Shown: in pieces, positions 27,587 through 37,133 of the stretch | How positions within the stretch are numbered: the stretch's first letter is position 1 | Layout: each line of letters begins with the position of its first letter | Assembly: GCA_963745835.1 (NCBI GenBank) | Contig: CAVUZH010000004.1 | Coordinates: 1-64,000 of the forward strand | DNA: 64,000 bases | Reading direction: 5' to 3' | DNA from: an uncultured delta proteobacterium | GTDB taxonomy: Bacteria > Desulfobacterota > Binatia > UBA9968 | The notes under the pieces: generated by a model | Seen by the model: only the letters and a program-made list of their open reading frames with translations | The model's database searches: none | What the model was told of the DNA's origin: nothing | Made by a program: the position numbers and the translations under genes

Positions 27587-29410
27587 ATGGAGTTTCTCAA
27601 TCCCGCAGCCCTTTACGGACTTTTTGCGCTACCCTTGCTCCTGGTGCCTTATCTCGTCCGGCGCAAACCACGCCGTGTGGTCTTTTCCAGCCTGCTGTTG
27701 TTTATGGGGCATGGTCCGCAAGCAACTGCCAAACCGTGGGGCCAGCTGCGTCTTCCGCCCGTCTTCTTTCTTCAGTTGCTCCTGCTTACCTTGTTGATTT
27801 TGGCGCTTGCCGAGCCGGTATTCTCTGTCCGGTTATCCAATATCGCCATTGTGATGGACAACTCGGCTAGCATGCAGGCGCACGAGGATGGCACAGCTCG
27901 TATCGCACTCGCCCGGGATCAGGCCAGGAGAGTGCTCGGTGATCTCAGTGCAAACGGTAAAGTAGATATTTTCACACTCGTGCCGCAGCTTCAGAAAGTT
28001 AACAGAGCACCCATTTCGCCGTCTGATGCTGTAGGATTGCTGGTCGGCTTGGAGCCCTACGACCTGGCTGATGCCCCGACGAATTATGCCGACCTTTTTA
28101 ACCAGCTAACCTCCAATCACAAGTATGAGCGCGTCTACTTCATCACCGATCGACCGGTACGAGGCCAATCGGGCGCCGTTCGGGTTCTTACCGTGGGAAA
28201 ACCGCGAGACAATCTGGCGATAACCGCATTTAGCGTTTCGCCCTCTTCTCTGGTGAACAGACGTTTAGAGGCGTCCGTCGAAGTTGCTAATTATTCCGCC
28301 CAAGATCAACGGGTCAGAGTAACGGTAACGGACAATGGCAGTGGAAGTGCCATAGCCAATCGGGAACTCAAGGTTCCGGCGCGACGAACTGCTTCCGCGA
28401 CCTTCCAGGGTCTCCCCGAGAAGCCATATTATGTTGCTGAAATTGACGACAATGACGCATTGAGTCTCGATAATCGGCAATTTGCCATTGCCGCAAACGC
28501 CCGTAGCTTGAAGATCCTGGCGGTTTCGCCTCGTCCTCAAGCGCTGAACAGTTTGCGCGCAATCTCCGGCGTTAGTCTGACCATCGTTGCCCCCGAAGAC
28601 TACCAGCAGACCGATCGTTCAGGTTTCGGCTTGGAGATTTTTCACTACTCAGCACCAGCCTTATTGCCGCTCAATCCATCTCTGCTCGTGTTGCCGCCCG
28701 ACAGCAATGCCGTTGTCAAATTGGGCAAGCCGGTTACACGGCCGGTCGCATCGGGCTGGCGCGAATCGCATCCACTGAACCGATATCTCAATATGGCCCT
28801 GTTCCGTCCAACGTATGCCCGGCCGTTAATTCCGCAAACAGCCGGCGAAACAATCATCGAAACCGTCCAAGGACCACTTGCCTTCACGATGGAGCATCGG
28901 GGCCAAAGACTCCTGGTGCTCGGGTTCGATCCTTTTCCGTATCTAGGACGAGAGAATTTGCCAATGTCGATCTTCACCCTCAATCTTCTTGATTGGTTTA
29001 TATCGGCCAGCGCCGCTAAAGGGCGAGCGACAGGGGAGCCAGTTGCCCTGAGGGCCGCGCAACACGAATCAACATTGACTACCCCGCGAGGCGAAAAACA
29101 TGTAGTCAAACCGACCTCAACTAGCTTCACCAACACCTTTTATCAGGGCATTTACCAGCTCAATCAAGGTGGCGACGGTCAGCTCTTGGCGATCAACTAT
29201 CAATCCGCCAGTGAGTCGGATCTGCGCGACAGTAAGCCTATGGAGATAAAACCAACCGAGAGCGCCATCAACAGCGGTTCGACACTCTTCTCCTTCTGGC
29301 CTTATCTGGTTATGGCGTCATTGCTGCTTTTCATTGTCGAGTGGTTCTTTGTCCCGCCAGCCGAGCGCAGGCAATTGCCGCCGGCAGCGCCCCGGCCAAA
29401 GCTTTCATGA
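27587..29410 (+). CDS. BatA N-terminal/vWA membrane protein
   Basis: MEFLNPAALYGL..P, VVFSSLL, LALAEP, DNSASM, FITD, C-terminal TM. Confidence 0.85.
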   Translation: MEFLNPAALYGLFALPLLLVPYLVRRKPRRVVFSSLLLFMGHGPQATAKPWGQLRLPPVFFLQLLLLTLLILALAEPVFSVRLSNIAIVMDNSASMQAHEDGTARIALARDQARRVLGDLSANGKVDIFTLVPQLQKVNRAPISPSDAVGLLVGLEPYDLADAPTNYADLFNQLTSNHKYERVYFITDRPVRGQSGAVRVLTVGKPRDNLAITAFSVSPSSLVNRRLEASVEVANYSAQDQRVRVTVTDNGSGSAIANRELKVPARRTASATFQGLPEKPYYVAEIDDNDALSLDNRQFAIAANARSLKILAVSPRPQALNSLRAISGVSLTIVAPEDYQQTDRSGFGLEIFHYSAPALLPLNPSLLVLPPDSNAVVKLGKPVTRPVASGWRESHPLNRYLNMALFRPTYARPLIPQTAGETIIETVQGPLAFTMEHRGQRLLVLGFDPFPYLGRENLPMSIFTLNLLDWFISASAAKGRATGEPVALRAAQHESTLTTPRGEKHVVKPTSTSFTNTFYQGIYQLNQGGDGQLLAINYQSASESDLRDSKPMEIKPTESAINSGSTLFSFWPYLVMASLLLFIVEWFFVPPAERRQLPPAAPRPKLS

Positions 29411-31968
29411 AGACTCTGCTAGCCGATGTACAGTTCGCCAAGCCATTGTTTTTGTGGCTACTGATCGGACTGCCGGTGCTTTGGTTCTGGTTCGCCGACC
29501 GCAGATGGTTCGTCCTAGTTTGGCGCACGCTGATTCTGGCTGTTCTAATCATCGCCTTGGCCGATCCGCAATTCGTCACCAAACAGACCAAACGTGAAAG
29601 CGAAGAGCGCATCTTCGCCTTCGATGTTTCGAAGAGTATTTCCGCAAGTATGCGCCAATGGATGGACAGCTCGGCACAGGGTGCGCTTGCTCCCAATGGC
29701 TCTGACCGCACATTGATTTTCGCTGCCGAGGCAAAGGACAGCGCAAACTGGCGCGAATCGATAAAAGCCGGACCTGCGGTGCAGAACACCGTGAAGCCGG
29801 AGAATACAAACCTTCAGCAGCTTTTTGAAAATTTGCTATCGCTCCCGCCGGCGCCTCGCAGTGTCTACTTATTCACCGATGGCTGGGAAAACCAGGGCAA
29901 GTTAGAGTTAATGTTGCCCGCCATCGCCGCCGCCGGTTTGAAGGTTTTCCCGATTGTGCCGGCGCAGCGGATGAGCCTTGCCAACATAACCGTAGCCAAA
30001 CTCGTCGCTCCGACCCATGGGGACGCGGGCGAAGCGGTGAACATCAAAGTCATACTGGAAAATCACAATAGCCGAGACGTGGATGGAACGTTGGTTCTCA
30101 CTCGCAACGGCGTGACATTCAAAACCGATCCAGTCAAGCTTAAACCCGGCAGTCAGATTCTGTCTTATCCGAGCACGCTTGCGGACGGACCTCTAAATTC
30201 ATATCGCGCCAGCTTCACAGCCCGTCAGGACGAGTTCGATCAGTTCGAACCGGACAACCACGCGCTGGCCTGGACTAGCGTGCGCAGTAAGGGAAAAATT
30301 CTCATCGTCAGCGGTCGCATTGAGGGCGGAAGGTACATCGAAGAGATCCTGCGCCGCCAAGGGTTCGAAGTGACCTCACGTATAGCCGACTCGGCGCCGG
30401 CTCCAAACGGCTTCAATGTAGTCATTTTTAATAATATCGAACGCGAAAAGTTGACCGCAAGCTATCTCAGCGCGGTCGAAAGGCACGTTGATGGCGGCAA
30501 TGGCTTCATTATGCTGGGCAGTGAGTGGAGTTTCGGACCGGGGGGTTATCGCCGCACTCCTATCGAGACGCTTTTGCCGGTTGAGTTTAAAGATCCACCC
30601 AAGCAGGAAGAAAAAAATCGAGCCATCCTACTGGTCATCGATAAATCCGGCAGCATGCGAGAAGATAATCGGATCTTATACGCTCAAGAGGCGGCTAAAG
30701 CTGTCGCCCGGCAGCTGAAGGACAATGATTTGCTCGGCGTCATTGGCTTTGACGTTGATCCATTCGTAATCGTGCCGCTTGCCAGGGTCGGCAATCTCAG
30801 GGGATCATTCAATAGTCAGATCGATCGGTTAAAACCCGGCGGCCGAACTGTAATGCTACCGGCGATCATCGAAGCTAAGCGACAGCTTGAAAGACAAAAT
30901 GCCGGCCACAAGCACGTGATAATCCTGAGCGATGGTGAAACCGGCGGAAGCGGCGGCGACTTCATCGATCTGGTTAACGTCATGAAGGCCGAGCAGCAGA
31001 TTACCGTGTCGGCGGTGGCTATCGGCGCAGAAGCAAACATCCCGCTTTTAAAAAGAATCACCCAATACGGCGGCGGCTTTTTTCACCACATTTACGATCC
31101 GACGACTCTTCCGCAGATCGTTTTGCAACGGGTTCAGGAGAAGCCGAAGGACGAACCGCCACCGCCGGAACGCGATTTTATACCTGTCCATGAAAGAGGC
31201 TCGGAACTGCTGGCCGGCTTCTCCGGCAAGGGGTATCCGCCGCTGCGCGGTTTCATAGAAACCGAACTCAAGCGTGGCGCTCAGCTGGACCTCTCAATCA
31301 CCAAAGAGGGACGAAAAGCGCCACTGCTCGCCTCCTGGCGCTATGGCCGGGGCAAAACAGTGGCGTTAACCACTGACCTGGAAGGGCGATGGAGCCGCGC
31401 TTGGATTCAATGGGCGAGTCTGCCGGAGTTTTGGGAAAAAGTTTTGGAGTGGATTCGCCCCACCAGCGATACCCCCATACCGGTTCACGAGGCGAGGGTT
31501 AGCTTGTCCGGCACTCAGCCGATCTTGGATCTTTATATATTTGAGGAGACCGCTTCGGAGAGTCAGTTTCGCTTCGCAGCAAGCGGGAACGGCACCAAAA
31601 CCGAAGGGATACTCAAAAGGACCGCTGCCGGACATTTCCAGGTTGCCCTGCCGATCTTACCTCCCGGCGAATACCGCATTGATCTTTTGGAAGAGCGAAA
31701 GGGCCGCCAGATCGCGTACCCTCCGGTGGGTTTTACCGCCACCTACGATCCAAAACGTGAGTTATCGCGTCCCGATGTTAACTTAGCGCTGCTTACGAGG
31801 TTAGCGGAGATCAGCGGCGGCGAGATAAACCCAAAATTCATCGAAAAAGTGGAAAGGCAACATACTACGGCCACCCATCAACCTATCCGCGGGCCGCTGC
31901 TGGCCCTTGCGTTTGCGCTTTTTATCGTTGAAGTCGCTGTGAGAAGGCTGTTTTTAGGCGAGTCCTGA
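29407..31968 (+). CDS. Double vWA domain membrane protein
   Basis: DVSKSI, FTDGWEN, SFGPGGY..LLPV, DKSGSM, ILSDG, PLLASWRYGRG, C-terminal TM. ATGA overlap with the previous gene. Confidence 0.85.
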   Translation: MKTLLADVQFAKPLFLWLLIGLPVLWFWFADRRWFVLVWRTLILAVLIIALADPQFVTKQTKRESEERIFAFDVSKSISASMRQWMDSSAQGALAPNGSDRTLIFAAEAKDSANWRESIKAGPAVQNTVKPENTNLQQLFENLLSLPPAPRSVYLFTDGWENQGKLELMLPAIAAAGLKVFPIVPAQRMSLANITVAKLVAPTHGDAGEAVNIKVILENHNSRDVDGTLVLTRNGVTFKTDPVKLKPGSQILSYPSTLADGPLNSYRASFTARQDEFDQFEPDNHALAWTSVRSKGKILIVSGRIEGGRYIEEILRRQGFEVTSRIADSAPAPNGFNVVIFNNIEREKLTASYLSAVERHVDGGNGFIMLGSEWSFGPGGYRRTPIETLLPVEFKDPPKQEEKNRAILLVIDKSGSMREDNRILYAQEAAKAVARQLKDNDLLGVIGFDVDPFVIVPLARVGNLRGSFNSQIDRLKPGGRTVMLPAIIEAKRQLERQNAGHKHVIILSDGETGGSGGDFIDLVNVMKAEQQITVSAVAIGAEANIPLLKRITQYGGGFFHHIYDPTTLPQIVLQRVQEKPKDEPPPPERDFIPVHERGSELLAGFSGKGYPPLRGFIETELKRGAQLDLSITKEGRKAPLLASWRYGRGKTVALTTDLEGRWSRAWIQWASLPEFWEKVLEWIRPTSDTPIPVHEARVSLSGTQPILDLYIFEETASESQFRFAASGNGTKTEGILKRTAAGHFQVALPILPPGEYRIDLLEERKGRQIAYPPVGFTATYDPKRELSRPDVNLALLTRLAEISGGEINPKFIEKVERQHTTATHQPIRGPLLALAFALFIVEVAVRRLFLGES

Positions 31969-32033
31969 GACGTCCAGCCAACCTTTGTGGATTGACAGAC
32001 CCGGCTAAACGGTTTATTCAATGTAAAGTTTGT

Positions 32034-33417
32034 ATGCAACTTGGATTCCCATACGTGGACCCTGGACAGCAAACCCGTCAGGTGCTGCAGTTCAAAGGTT
32101 TTCAATCTGTTTATAGCCTGCTGATCTGGTTGTCCGTACTTGTCGCGACTGGAGCCGCGAAACCGGCAGAGGCCGACCCCACCAGACAAGCGGGGGTGCG
32201 CAAAGGAGTCGCCAAAGGCAAGATACCAGCCCCTACTCCACCGGTTGGCCGGCTTACCAATAACACCTTGCTCCCTGCTCGGCAGGCAACCGCCTTGGAT
32301 TTTTGGCATAGGCGGGAATACTTGTTCATCGGTCCGTTCCGGAGATACCTTACCCAGAATCCTTGACCGATTTAACCTGACCGCCAGCGACAAGGAGCTC
32401 TGGGACCGTTCGATTCGCCAACACTTCCGGTCGGGGAAGCTGGCTCCCGGAAGACAAGTCCATTTCTACTTCGCTAAGCCGGATATCGATGCTAATCGGC
32501 CTACCGAGTCGTTGGTGGCAGTAGAGGTCGACTTCGACGACTCGATGGATCTGACGTGGGAAAAAACCGGCCGGAGTGTCTTTTTCGCGCGACGGGAAAA
32601 GCCGGTCAATGTTGAGTTGAGAACCGCCACCGCAACTATCGAAGACTCTCTATTCACGTCCGGTATGAAGGCCGGTATTCACACCAGCCTACTTTCACAA
32701 TTGGCCGATATTTTTACCTGGGATGTTGATCTTGAGAACATCTATCAAGGCGACAGCTTCAAGATCTTATACGAGCAGCGCAGCACAAGGGGCCAACCGG
32801 ACAAGCCCCAACTGCGAATCCTGGCCGCAGAGTTGATCAATGCCGGCCAGAAAAAGACTGCGATTTACTTCGAGAAGCAGAAAGGCATGGGCGGGTATTA
32901 CAACATCGAGGGCAGAAGCTTAGCCCGTTCATTTCTTCGCTTCCCGTTGGAATTTGCCAACATTACCTCAACGTTCAGCGAGTCTCGGTTTCATCCGGTT
33001 TTGAAGACCAGCCTGCCGCACACCGGGGTGGATTTTGCCGCGGAACGGGGTACGCCTGTTCGAGCTGTCGGCGATGGCATCATTAACCAGGCTGCTTGGA
33101 GCGGCAGTTACGGCAAATTAGTTGAAATCCAACATGATGCCGGCTTTGCCACCCGCTACGCACATCTTTCGGGCTACGGGAATGGTATCCGGAAGGGTGG
33201 TGTGGTGAAAAAAGGCCAGGTAATTGGGTTTGTCGGTTCAACCGGCAGAACCACCGGTCCCCACCTCCATTTCGAGCTCTATAAAGACCAACAATACATC
33301 AACCCGCTCAGCCTCGACTTTCCTGCCGAAGACACCATCGAACCCGCACTGCTAACCGTATTTGAAGACCAAAAAAATACCTTCCTAGTCGAATTGACTT
33401 CCTTGCCTCAGTCCTAG
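32034..33417 (+). CDS. M23 family peptidoglycan endopeptidase (frameshift near 32330)
   Basis: IFTWDVD, FLRFP, HTGVD, TRYAHLS, STGRTTGPHLHF. N-terminal hydrophobic segment lies in another frame. Confidence 0.85.
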
Positions 33418-33698
33418 TTCGGCTCTTTTAACCGATCAGCAGTATCACACCGCGCCATCATCAGTGGTTTTCTGAATGCGCATCCAGCTTTTTATCGGCT
33501 CCAGCAAACAACCAACAATACGTTTTCGGTGACTGATCCTACGGGCCTCCTTCCGGTTGTCGAAACACGCTGCCGCCTGATCTCTGTTCAACTCTTGAGA
33601 ACACTCTCCGCAAATAAAGCTGCTTCTGGACGATAGCATGGCCGGGTTGTACACTCTGATCATCCTACAGCTATTAATCCCAACGGTTGGGCACTGAT

Positions 33699-34940
33699 AT
33701 GATCCAGAAGGCCGTGATCTTGAGCACCGGCGACGAACTCACCACCGGACGAGTCATCGATACGAACTCGGCAGCGATCGCGGAGCGCCTTTTCGCCATC
33801 GGAGTGGAGGTAGCGGCGATTCTGAAGGTTGGCGACAATAAAGATCAGCTCCTGTGGGCGCTGCGGCAGGCGCAGGCGCTGGCAGATATTGTGATCGGCA
33901 CCGGCGGCCTCGGACCAACCAGTGATGATCTCACAACCGAAGTCGTGGCGGAATTTCTCGGGCATAAACTTCGGCAAAATGAGGAAGTCGCGAGAGGACT
34001 TGAGCAGCGCTTTAAAGAGCGCGATATCAGTTGGTCGTCCAATACCTTGAAGCAGGCGATGTTTCCGGACGGATCAACGATCATTTCTAATCCGGTGGGG
34101 ACGGCTCCCGGCTTTCACGTGCCAATTAGGCCGGACAAGACGCTCCTGTGGCTTTCCGGAGTGCCGCAAGAAATGGTTGCTATGCTGGATCAAACGGTTT
34201 TACCGTGGATCGAGCGACAGCAGAGCGAAACGGGACGTGTTTTTGCCTGCACGTTTAAGATTCACGGAATCACTGAAGGCAAGCTTGATGAGATGTTAAG
34301 TCCGCTACATCTGAAAAATCATGCGAGATTGTCGTTTCGCGTGCATTATCCCGATCTTTCTTTGCGACTGACGGTTAGAACTAAGAGCCCGGATGCATTC
34401 GTTCTTTTTGAATTGATCAAAAAGGAAATTAGAGCAATTCTCGGGAAGCACATCTATGCCGAGGGGGATACAACTCTGGAAGAGGTGATCGGCAGTATAC
34501 TTATGGAAAAGCAGCAAACTCTCGCTCTCGCTGAGTCTTGTACTGGCGGTTACATCAGCCACCGGGTGACCCGGGTCGCCGGCAGCTCAGGTTACTACTA
34601 TGGCGGTGCGGTAACGTATTCCAACGAAGCGAAGATACGCTTTCTGGACGTCCGCCCAGAAACTTTGGAAGAACACGGCGCCGTCAGTCGCGAAACGGCC
34701 TTAGAAATGTCGGCAGGCATCAAACAACGCACCGGTGCGGATGTTGGGCTGAGCGTCACGGGTGTGGCGGGTCCTGCGGGTGGCAGCGCGGCGAAGCCGG
34801 TTGGCACGGTTTGGGTCAGCATCGCTCAAACGGGAAGCCATGAAGCAAAACATTTTAGGTTCGCTGGCGATCGCGAGCGCATTATTCTCGGTACGTCGCA
34901 GGTCGCTCTGAATTGGCTGCGTACCAGCCTTCTGCGATGA
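33699..34940 (+). CDS. cinA: Competence/damage-inducible protein A (CinA/NMN deamidase)
   Basis: GDELTTG..DTN, GGLGPT.DD, AESCTGG, GAVS, GVAGP.GG..KPVG. Confidence 0.95.
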   Translation: MIQKAVILSTGDELTTGRVIDTNSAAIAERLFAIGVEVAAILKVGDNKDQLLWALRQAQALADIVIGTGGLGPTSDDLTTEVVAEFLGHKLRQNEEVARGLEQRFKERDISWSSNTLKQAMFPDGSTIISNPVGTAPGFHVPIRPDKTLLWLSGVPQEMVAMLDQTVLPWIERQQSETGRVFACTFKIHGITEGKLDEMLSPLHLKNHARLSFRVHYPDLSLRLTVRTKSPDAFVLFELIKKEIRAILGKHIYAEGDTTLEEVIGSILMEKQQTLALAESCTGGYISHRVTRVAGSSGYYYGGAVTYSNEAKIRFLDVRPETLEEHGAVSRETALEMSAGIKQRTGADVGLSVTGVAGPAGGSAAKPVGTVWVSIAQTGSHEAKHFRFAGDRERIILGTSQVALNWLRTSLLR

Positions 34941-34954
34941 GGTAATCGTTAGCA

Positions 34955-35518
34955 GTGATTCGCGCGTTCATCGGGGTGGAGATCGCTACTGAGGTCCGCG
35001 GTCGAATTTCCGAAGCGATAGCGCAGCTGGCGCCGGAAATTTCCGGGATTCGCTGGGTCCGGGAAGAAAACTTTCATTTCACGCTGAAGTTTCTAGGTCT
35101 TATAGAAGAGCCGCAAATCGAGCTTATCAGCAACGCGCTTGCTCAAGCCATCCACCCCTTTCGGCGGTTTACTATTAATGCTAAATGTTTCGGAGTATTC
35201 CCCGATATCAAAAGGGCTCGCGTTTTATGGGTCGGTCTAGAAGGAAGTGACATGCCGGCCCTGGCAAAGAGTGTCGAATCTGTGTTAGAACCCTTCGGCT
35301 TTCCCAGCGAAAACAGAATCTTTCGGCCCCACTTAACAGTCGGCCGATGGCGCCATCCGATGGGATCGCAGCAACAGCTCGAGGGCAAGCTCAAGCTCTG
35401 GAATAATTTCGAATTCGGCGAGTCAGCTGTCGATGAGGTGGTTTTATTTCAAAGCGTGCTCAAACGGGAGGGCGCGGTGTATCGATCCCTTAAAGCGGTC
35501 CCGCTCGCCGGCGATTGA
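34955..35518 (+). CDS. thpR: RNA 2',3'-cyclic phosphodiesterase (2H family)
   Basis: Two HxT motifs (HFTLKFLG, PHLTVGR); position between cinA and recA. Confidence 0.9.
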   Translation: MIRAFIGVEIATEVRGRISEAIAQLAPEISGIRWVREENFHFTLKFLGLIEEPQIELISNALAQAIHPFRRFTINAKCFGVFPDIKRARVLWVGLEGSDMPALAKSVESVLEPFGFPSENRIFRPHLTVGRWRHPMGSQQQLEGKLKLWNNFEFGESAVDEVVLFQSVLKREGAVYRSLKAVPLAGD

Positions 35519-35557
35519 ATGATTTCATGACCGATCAATACTAAGGAGACAAAGTTC

Positions 35558-36610
35558 ATGGATGTAAACCGGGAGAAAGCCCTTGATTTAGCGGTAAGCC
35601 AAATCGAAAAGCAATTCGGCAAAGGCGCGATCATGAAGCTCGGCGAGGGAGGTGTGGTAAAAGACGTTCCGGTGGTCTCGACCGGCTCTCTTGGGCTCGA
35701 TATTGCTCTCGGTATCGGCGGCGTACCGCGCGGCCGCGTAATCGAGATATACGGTCCTGAATCTTCGGGTAAGACGACCCTGGCGTTGCAAATTGTTGCC
35801 GAAGCGCAGAAGCAAGGCGGCATGGGAGCGTACGTCGATGCCGAGCATGCCTTGGATTTGGGTTATGCAAATAAGCTCGGGGTGAAGACGGATGATTTGT
35901 TAGTCTCACAACCGGACCACGGCGAACAAGCCTTGGAAATCGCCGAGACTCTAGTCCGTAGCGGCGCCATCGATGTCCTAGTGATTGACTCAGTTGCCGC
36001 ACTCGTACCCAAAGCGGAAATTGAAGGTGAGATGGGTGATTCGCACATGGGATTGCAAGCGCGGCTTATGTCCCAGGCTTTACGCAAACTCACCGGAACT
36101 ATCGCGCGCTCCCACACTGTCGTCATCTTTATCAATCAGATTCGTATGAAGATTGGTGTGATGTTCGGCAATCCTGAAACCACTACCGGTGGCAACGCTT
36201 TGAAATTTTATGCGTCTGTGCGGATGGATATCCGCCGGATCGGCGCATTGAAGGATGGTGACAATATTGTTGGTGGGCGGACCCGGGTAAAAGTAGTCAA
36301 AAACAAGATGGCTCCGCCATTCAAAGAAGCCGAGTTCGATGTGCTTTACGGCACTGGCATTTCTCGCGATGGGGAGATCGTCGATCTCGGCAGCGAAATG
36401 GGTATCGTCGAGAAAAGCGGCGCCTGGTACTCGTTTGGCGGCGATAGAATCGGCCAGGGACGCGAAGCGGCGAAAAATTTTCTAAAAGAACATCCCGAGA
36501 TCGCGCAGCAAATCATGTCAAGAGTGATGGAGCGTGTCGGCTTGAAGCGAGAGGAAGCCCCTGTTATGGCCGGGAACGCCGATAGGAAAGAAAAAGCAAA
36601 AGTAAAGTAA
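35558..36610 (+). CDS. recA: Recombinase RecA
   Basis: [34 protein letters not shown]. Confidence 0.99.
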   Translation: MDVNREKALDLAVSQIEKQFGKGAIMKLGEGGVVKDVPVVSTGSLGLDIALGIGGVPRGRVIEIYGPESSGKTTLALQIVAEAQKQGGMGAYVDAEHALDLGYANKLGVKTDDLLVSQPDHGEQALEIAETLVRSGAIDVLVIDSVAALVPKAEIEGEMGDSHMGLQARLMSQALRKLTGTIARSHTVVIFINQIRMKIGVMFGNPETTTGGNALKFYASVRMDIRRIGALKDGDNIVGGRTRVKVVKNKMAPPFKEAEFDVLYGTGISRDGEIVDLGSEMGIVEKSGAWYSFGGDRIGQGREAAKNFLKEHPEIAQQIMSRVMERVGLKREEAPVMAGNADRKEKAKVK

Positions 36611-36629
36611 CAAAAGGTTAGTCTCGGAT

Positions 36630-37133
36630 CTGAACCGAACGAGTCACAGACCTAAATCGCCTGATTCGGAGGAGGAGGCGCTTCAATCCGCCCTTCGATA
36701 TCTCAGCTATCGTGCCCGCAGTGAACGGGAGCTACTCACCCATCTATCCCGTAAAGGCTATTCAGCCGCCGCCCGAGAGAAGGCTCTGGGAAAACTCCGC
36801 TCTCTCAATTACATTAATGATGAGTCCTTCGCGCGGAGTTGGGCTTGGTCCAGAGCCGCCGGCCGAAACTACGGACCAAAGAGAATTGAACGGGAACTAA
36901 GGGCCAAGGGCGTTGGGCAGCCATTGATCCGAGACGTAATCGGCACGACCTTCGCTCAGGGCGACGAGGAAAAGAACGCTAAAAACTTGTTGGACAAAAA
37001 ATTTAAAGGAGTCAATCTTCGAGATCCCAAAGTCCTTCGCCGAGCGAGCGCGTTTCTCGCGCGCCGTGGTTACAGCAGTCAGGTGATTTATAGTCTGATG
37101 GGACGCCGCGGGGAGGACGATGTAGAACCATGA
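36630..37133 (+). CDS. recX: Regulatory protein RecX (probable CTG start)
   Basis: One uninterrupted frame: ALRYLSYRARSEREL..YINDESFA..YGPKRIERELRAKG..FLARRGYS. No ATG/GTG/TTG before 36924. Sits between recA and alaS. Confidence 0.85.
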   Translation: MNRTSHRPKSPDSEEEALQSALRYLSYRARSERELLTHLSRKGYSAAAREKALGKLRSLNYINDESFARSWAWSRAAGRNYGPKRIERELRAKGVGQPLIRDVIGTTFAQGDEEKNAKNLLDKKFKGVNLRDPKVLRRASAFLARRGYSSQVIYSLMGRRGEDDVEP

